From positions 5,147-24,931 of the forward strand of contig PSLL01000035.1 of assembly GCA_040289575.1 (NCBI GenBank): a stretch of DNA of 19,785 nucleotides. The letters run 5' to 3'. The stretch's first letter is position 1; each line of letters starts with the position of its first letter. Under the pieces are notes generated by a model that worked only from the letters and a program-made list of their open reading frames with translations, ran no database searches and was not told the DNA's origin. Below, one piece after another: positions 16,045 to 19,785 of this stretch. A program made the position numbers and the translations under genes. The DNA comes from Candidatus Dadabacteria bacterium. Lineage in GTDB: Bacteria; Desulfobacterota_D; UBA1144; Nemesobacterales; CSP1-2.

Positions 16045-17874
16045 TTGGAAACAATTAGGATTGTTGGAGCAAGAGAGCATAATCTAAAAGACATCACCGT
16101 TGAGATTCCAAGGGGAAAACTCATTGTAATTACGGGGATAAGCGGATCGGGAAAATCCTCCCTTGCATTCGATACGATTTTTGCAGAGGGCCAGAGGAGA
16201 TACATGGAATCCCTCTCTACATACGCAAGGCAGTTTATAGAGAAGATTGACAAGCCCGATGTGGATTCAATAGAAGGTCTTTCGCCCTCCGTCTCGGTTG
16301 ATCAGAGAACGCTTCAGAGAAACCCGCGCTCAACCGTAGGCACGATAACAGAGATATACGATTTCCTGAGGCTCTTTTTCGCCCGCATCGGGAAGCCCTA
16401 TTGCTACAGGTGCGGGGATGAGATAGTCTCACAAAACCTAGATGAGATGACAGAGCGCATCTTTGCCCTTGGAGAGAGGGAAAGGATTTCTATATTCTCT
16501 CCAATTATAATGGGAAGAAAGGGGGAGTATAAAAAAGAACTTGAGGAACTCAGAAAGCAGGGATTCGTGAGGGTCAGAATTGATGGGAAACTCTTTGATC
16601 TTGGGGATGAAATACATCTCGAAAAACAAAAGAAGCATACAATTGAGCTTCTTGTGGATGTAGTAGCTCTTAATAAAGAGGGTTCGAAAGACAGGATTAG
16701 GGATTCTCTAAGACTCGCACTTAGGCGTTCTGGAGGAAGCGCAAGGGTAGAGGCTGAAGGCAGAGGGGCTATTACATTCAGTGAGAAATTCGCATGCCTC
16801 AGATGCGGGATAAGTTACCCAGAGATCTCCCCGAGACTCTTTTCCTTTAACAGCCCTTATGGAGCATGCCCTGAGTGTCAGGGACTCGGAATAAAGTCGT
16901 TTTTTGATCCCGATCTTGTTATTGATTCATGGGACAAGTCAATTGAAGAGGGGGCGATAATCCCGTGGAGGAATTCAGTTTACTTCAGTCGGATAGTTGA
17001 GTGTGTTGCGAGGCATTATAAATTCAGCTTAAAAACACCGCTTAAAAAACTCCCTCCGAAAATAAGAAATATAATCCTCTATGGTGCGGGTGATGAGAGG
17101 ATTAGATTCTATAGGGAAAGGGGCAGATGGACAGAAGAATACTGGGACATATTCCCCGGAGTGATCGGTATTATTTCACAGTGGTACAGAGAGACCGAAT
17201 CAGAAGAGGTCAGAGAGACACTTGAAAGATATATGCGTACTGTTTCCTGTTCTACATGTGGCGGCTCAAGGCTAAAGAAGGAGAGCCTTGCGGTCTTGGT
17301 GTCTAAGAGATCAATACACGATGTATCGAGGATGACTGTCAATGAATGTATCGGTTTTTTTGATGCCCTTGAGCTTAAAGGGAGAGAAAGGGAGATAGGC
17401 GAAAGGATTATTAAAGAGATTAAATCGCGCCTTGGCTTTCTAAAAAACGTCGGTCTCGGATACCTTACACTTGAACGCCCTGCCACTACACTCTCAGGCG
17501 GAGAGGCTCAGAGAATAAGGCTCGCAACCCAAGTCGGATCAAAGCTCGTAGGCGTCATATACGTTCTTGATGAGCCGAGCATAGGGCTTCATCCCAGGGA
17601 TAACCAGAGGCTTATTGGCACACTCAAGGCACTAAGGGATACCGGAAACACAGTTGTAGTCGTTGAGCATGACGAAGAGACAATTAGGAGCGCGGATTTC
17701 ATAGTGGATATGGGGCCGGAGGCTGGAGAAAGGGGAGGGGAGGTTGTCGCTCAGGGGAAGATTTACGATTTAATAAAAAATGAAAAATCGCTTACAGGGA
17801 GGTATCTCTCAGGTGAGCTTTCGATTCCCGTTCCACCAGAGAGAAGAAAACCAAAGGGTTTTATAACAACCTAA
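16045..17874 (+). CDS. uvrA: Excinuclease ABC subunit A, N-terminal fragment (break near 17865)
   Basis: [41 protein letters not shown], zinc fingers, [26 protein letters not shown]. Confidence 0.95.
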   Translation: METIRIVGAREHNLKDITVEIPRGKLIVITGISGSGKSSLAFDTIFAEGQRRYMESLSTYARQFIEKIDKPDVDSIEGLSPSVSVDQRTLQRNPRSTVGTITEIYDFLRLFFARIGKPYCYRCGDEIVSQNLDEMTERIFALGERERISIFSPIIMGRKGEYKKELEELRKQGFVRVRIDGKLFDLGDEIHLEKQKKHTIELLVDVVALNKEGSKDRIRDSLRLALRRSGGSARVEAEGRGAITFSEKFACLRCGISYPEISPRLFSFNSPYGACPECQGLGIKSFFDPDLVIDSWDKSIEEGAIIPWRNSVYFSRIVECVARHYKFSLKTPLKKLPPKIRNIILYGAGDERIRFYRERGRWTEEYWDIFPGVIGIISQWYRETESEEVRETLERYMRTVSCSTCGGSRLKKESLAVLVSKRSIHDVSRMTVNECIGFFDALELKGREREIGERIIKEIKSRLGFLKNVGLGYLTLERPATTLSGGEAQRIRLATQVGSKLVGVIYVLDEPSIGLHPRDNQRLIGTLKALRDTGNTVVVVEHDEETIRSADFIVDMGPEAGERGGEVVAQGKIYDLIKNEKSLTGRYLSGELSIPVPPERRKPKGFITT

Positions 17875-17915
17875 AAAACTTAGATGTCTCTTTTCCAATC
17901 GGCGTATTTACATGC

Positions 17916-18824
17916 GTGACGGGCGTTTCAGGCTCGGGGAAAAGCACCCTTGTCATTGACACCCTTTACAATGCCATCTCTTCAAGGCTTTACGGAAGCA
18001 AGGGAAAACCGGGCAGGCACAGAGAGATATTAGGAGACGAGGGGATTGATAAAATCGCAAACGTCGATCAATCCCCGATTGGAAGGACTCCGAGGTCAAA
18101 TCCCGCAACATATACCGGGGTTTTTGCTCATATAAGGGAATTATTCTCTATGCTTCCTGAGTCGAGAATGCGCGGATATAAGCCCGGCAGGTTCAGTTTC
18201 AATGTTGAATCTGGAAGGTGCAGCGCATGCAGGGGTGAGGGAATGGTAAAGATAGAGATGCACTTTCTCCCGGATGTCTATGTGAGATGCGATCAATGCG
18301 GAGGAAAGAGGTACAATCCCGAGACACTTGATGTCAAGTACAAAGGAAGGAGCATATCCGATGTCCTGGATATGACGGTAAGCGAGGCGCTTGAGTTTTT
18401 TGAAAATGTTCCACATATAAAATCCAAACTCGAGGTGATCTATGCGGTGGGGCTCGATTACATAAGGCTAGGTCAGCCTGCTACGACCCTCTCGGGGGGT
18501 GAGGCGCAGAGGATAAAGCTCACAAAGGAGCTGTCGCGCCGTGCTACAGGAAGAACTCTTTACATACTTGACGAGCCGACTATCGGGCTGCATTTTGATG
18601 ATGTGAGGGAGTTGCTGTATGTTATTCATAGGCTCGTTGATATGGGAAACACGGTAATTATAATCGAGCACAACCTCGATGTGATAAAGTCCGCCGATTA
18701 CATAATTGATTTGGGTCCCGAGGGGGGAGAAGAAGGCGGGCGGATTGTAGCATGCGGTACACCCGAAGAGGTTTCACAGATTGAGGGATCGTACACCGGA
18801 ATGTTCTTAAAAAGGGTTCTATAA
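17916..18824 (+). CDS. uvrA: Excinuclease ABC subunit A, C-terminal fragment (frame is homologous from 17865: [18 protein letters not shown])
   Basis: [64 protein letters not shown]. Confidence 0.95.
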   Translation: MTGVSGSGKSTLVIDTLYNAISSRLYGSKGKPGRHREILGDEGIDKIANVDQSPIGRTPRSNPATYTGVFAHIRELFSMLPESRMRGYKPGRFSFNVESGRCSACRGEGMVKIEMHFLPDVYVRCDQCGGKRYNPETLDVKYKGRSISDVLDMTVSEALEFFENVPHIKSKLEVIYAVGLDYIRLGQPATTLSGGEAQRIKLTKELSRRATGRTLYILDEPTIGLHFDDVRELLYVIHRLVDMGNTVIIIEHNLDVIKSADYIIDLGPEGGEEGGRIVACGTPEEVSQIEGSYTGMFLKRVL

Positions 18825-18839
18825 GCAAGATACATGATT

Positions 18840-18925
18840 CAGAATACAGTAGACAGGACACAGGAGCTCGAGGTTTTTCCCTGTATTCTGTCTACTGTAT
18901 TTTTTGTTCGTGTTCATTCGTGGTT
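18840..18925. repeat. 24-bp inverted repeat built from 7-nt units, followed by a TTCGTG tandem; may also terminate uvrA
   Basis: 18841-18864 pairs with 18880-18903 (1 mismatch, 2 G-T). Units are CAGAATA CAGTAGA CAGGACA CAGGAGC and TATTCTG TCTACTG TATTTTT, then TTCGTGTTCATTCGTGGTT. Confidence 0.7.
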
Positions 18926-18960
18926 TAATACTTAAATCTGGCAAATAGGAGAATATTTTG

Positions 18961-19773
18961 ATGAATATAATTCAATCCGCGGTTTTAGGATTCGTTCAGG
19001 GTCTGACGGAGTTTCTTCCAATAAGCAGCACGGCACACCTTGCCCTTGTACCCTGGTTTTTTAGATGGAACGATCCGGGGCTGGCTTTTGATATCGCCCT
19101 CCACATAGGAACACTCGCCGCCGTCGTATACTATTTCTGGCGCGATTTTGTGTTGATTATTAGGGAATTTATACAGGGTATTTTTACAAGGAGTTTTAAA
19201 GACTACCCCAATGGGAGATTGGGGCTTTTTATTATAATTGCAACTATACCGGGGGCACTATTCGGATTTTTATTTGAAAAGCAGGCGGAGGAGGCTTTTA
19301 GAGACCCTCTTGTCATTGCCCTTTCTATTTTTATTTTTGGAATAGTCCTTTATATCGCCGATAGGTTCTCAAGAAAACGGAAAGAGATTTCAGATATGAG
19401 CATTCTTGATTGTCTGATAATAGGAGTCTCTCAAGCGCTTGCGATAATCCCCGGTGTTTCACGCTCTGGGATTACTATTACAGGCGGTTTGGCAAGAAAC
19501 CTAAAGAGGGATACGGCGGCGAGGTTTTCCTTTCTCATAAGTGCCCCTCTTATAGCCGGTGCTGCTATACTCGAATCAAGGCACCTGGATCATACAGCCG
19601 TTACAAGCCCTCCATTTGCGGCCGGCATTCTTACAGCCGCTGTCTTTGGATTTCTTGCCATAAAATACCTCCTGAGATATGTTCAAACAAAGAGCTATAC
19701 GTTGTTTGTCGTCTACCGCGTACTTATTACCGTCCTGATTTTGTTTGTGTATGTGCGGAGGGGCGGTGTTTGA
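18961..19773 (+). CDS. uppP: Undecaprenyl-diphosphate phosphatase (BacA)
   Basis: QGLTEFLPISSTAH, HIGT, QALAIIPGVSRSG, AARFSFL, YR. SD AGGAG; start is ATG at 18961 or TTG at 18958. Confidence 0.96.
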   Translation: MNIIQSAVLGFVQGLTEFLPISSTAHLALVPWFFRWNDPGLAFDIALHIGTLAAVVYYFWRDFVLIIREFIQGIFTRSFKDYPNGRLGLFIIIATIPGALFGFLFEKQAEEAFRDPLVIALSIFIFGIVLYIADRFSRKRKEISDMSILDCLIIGVSQALAIIPGVSRSGITITGGLARNLKRDTAARFSFLISAPLIAGAAILESRHLDHTAVTSPPFAAGILTAAVFGFLAIKYLLRYVQTKSYTLFVVYRVLITVLILFVYVRRGGV

Positions 19774-19785
19774 TTTTTATATAGA

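Noticed and set aside
1..19785. CRISPR array, transposase/integrase, rRNA or tRNA genes
   Set aside because: None seen: no regularly spaced repeat-spacer units and no recognisable mobility or structural RNA genes.

Overview
Chromosomal window from a probably diderm bacterium (it encodes an outer-membrane porin). The left ~8.5 kb is a phosphate-starvation cluster: phoB/phoR, three exported phosphoesterases from three different superfamilies, an OprO/OprP-type porin, a phasin-like helical protein and an atypical stand-alone receiver domain. Four intergenic regions share an 11-bp-periodic TTAAC/TTAAC/TTCAT motif that looks like a Pho box. The right part holds a PsbP-like hypothetical, an OB-fold lipoprotein, a SAM methyltransferase, a DJ-1/PfpI protein, a membrane spermidine-synthase-like protein, a MoeB-rhodanese fusion, a peptidase C26, uvrA and uppP. 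The main unexplained feature is a ~240-260 nt highly base-paired element (14846-15103) with its own sigma70-like promoter directly upstream of moeB/moeZ; I could not match it to an RNA family I recognise. Five genes are broken by small indels, several in homopolymers, so consensus errors are the simplest explanation. One break sits on a canonical A_AAA_AAG -1 slippery site, and the uvrA break looks like a ~20-nt deletion.
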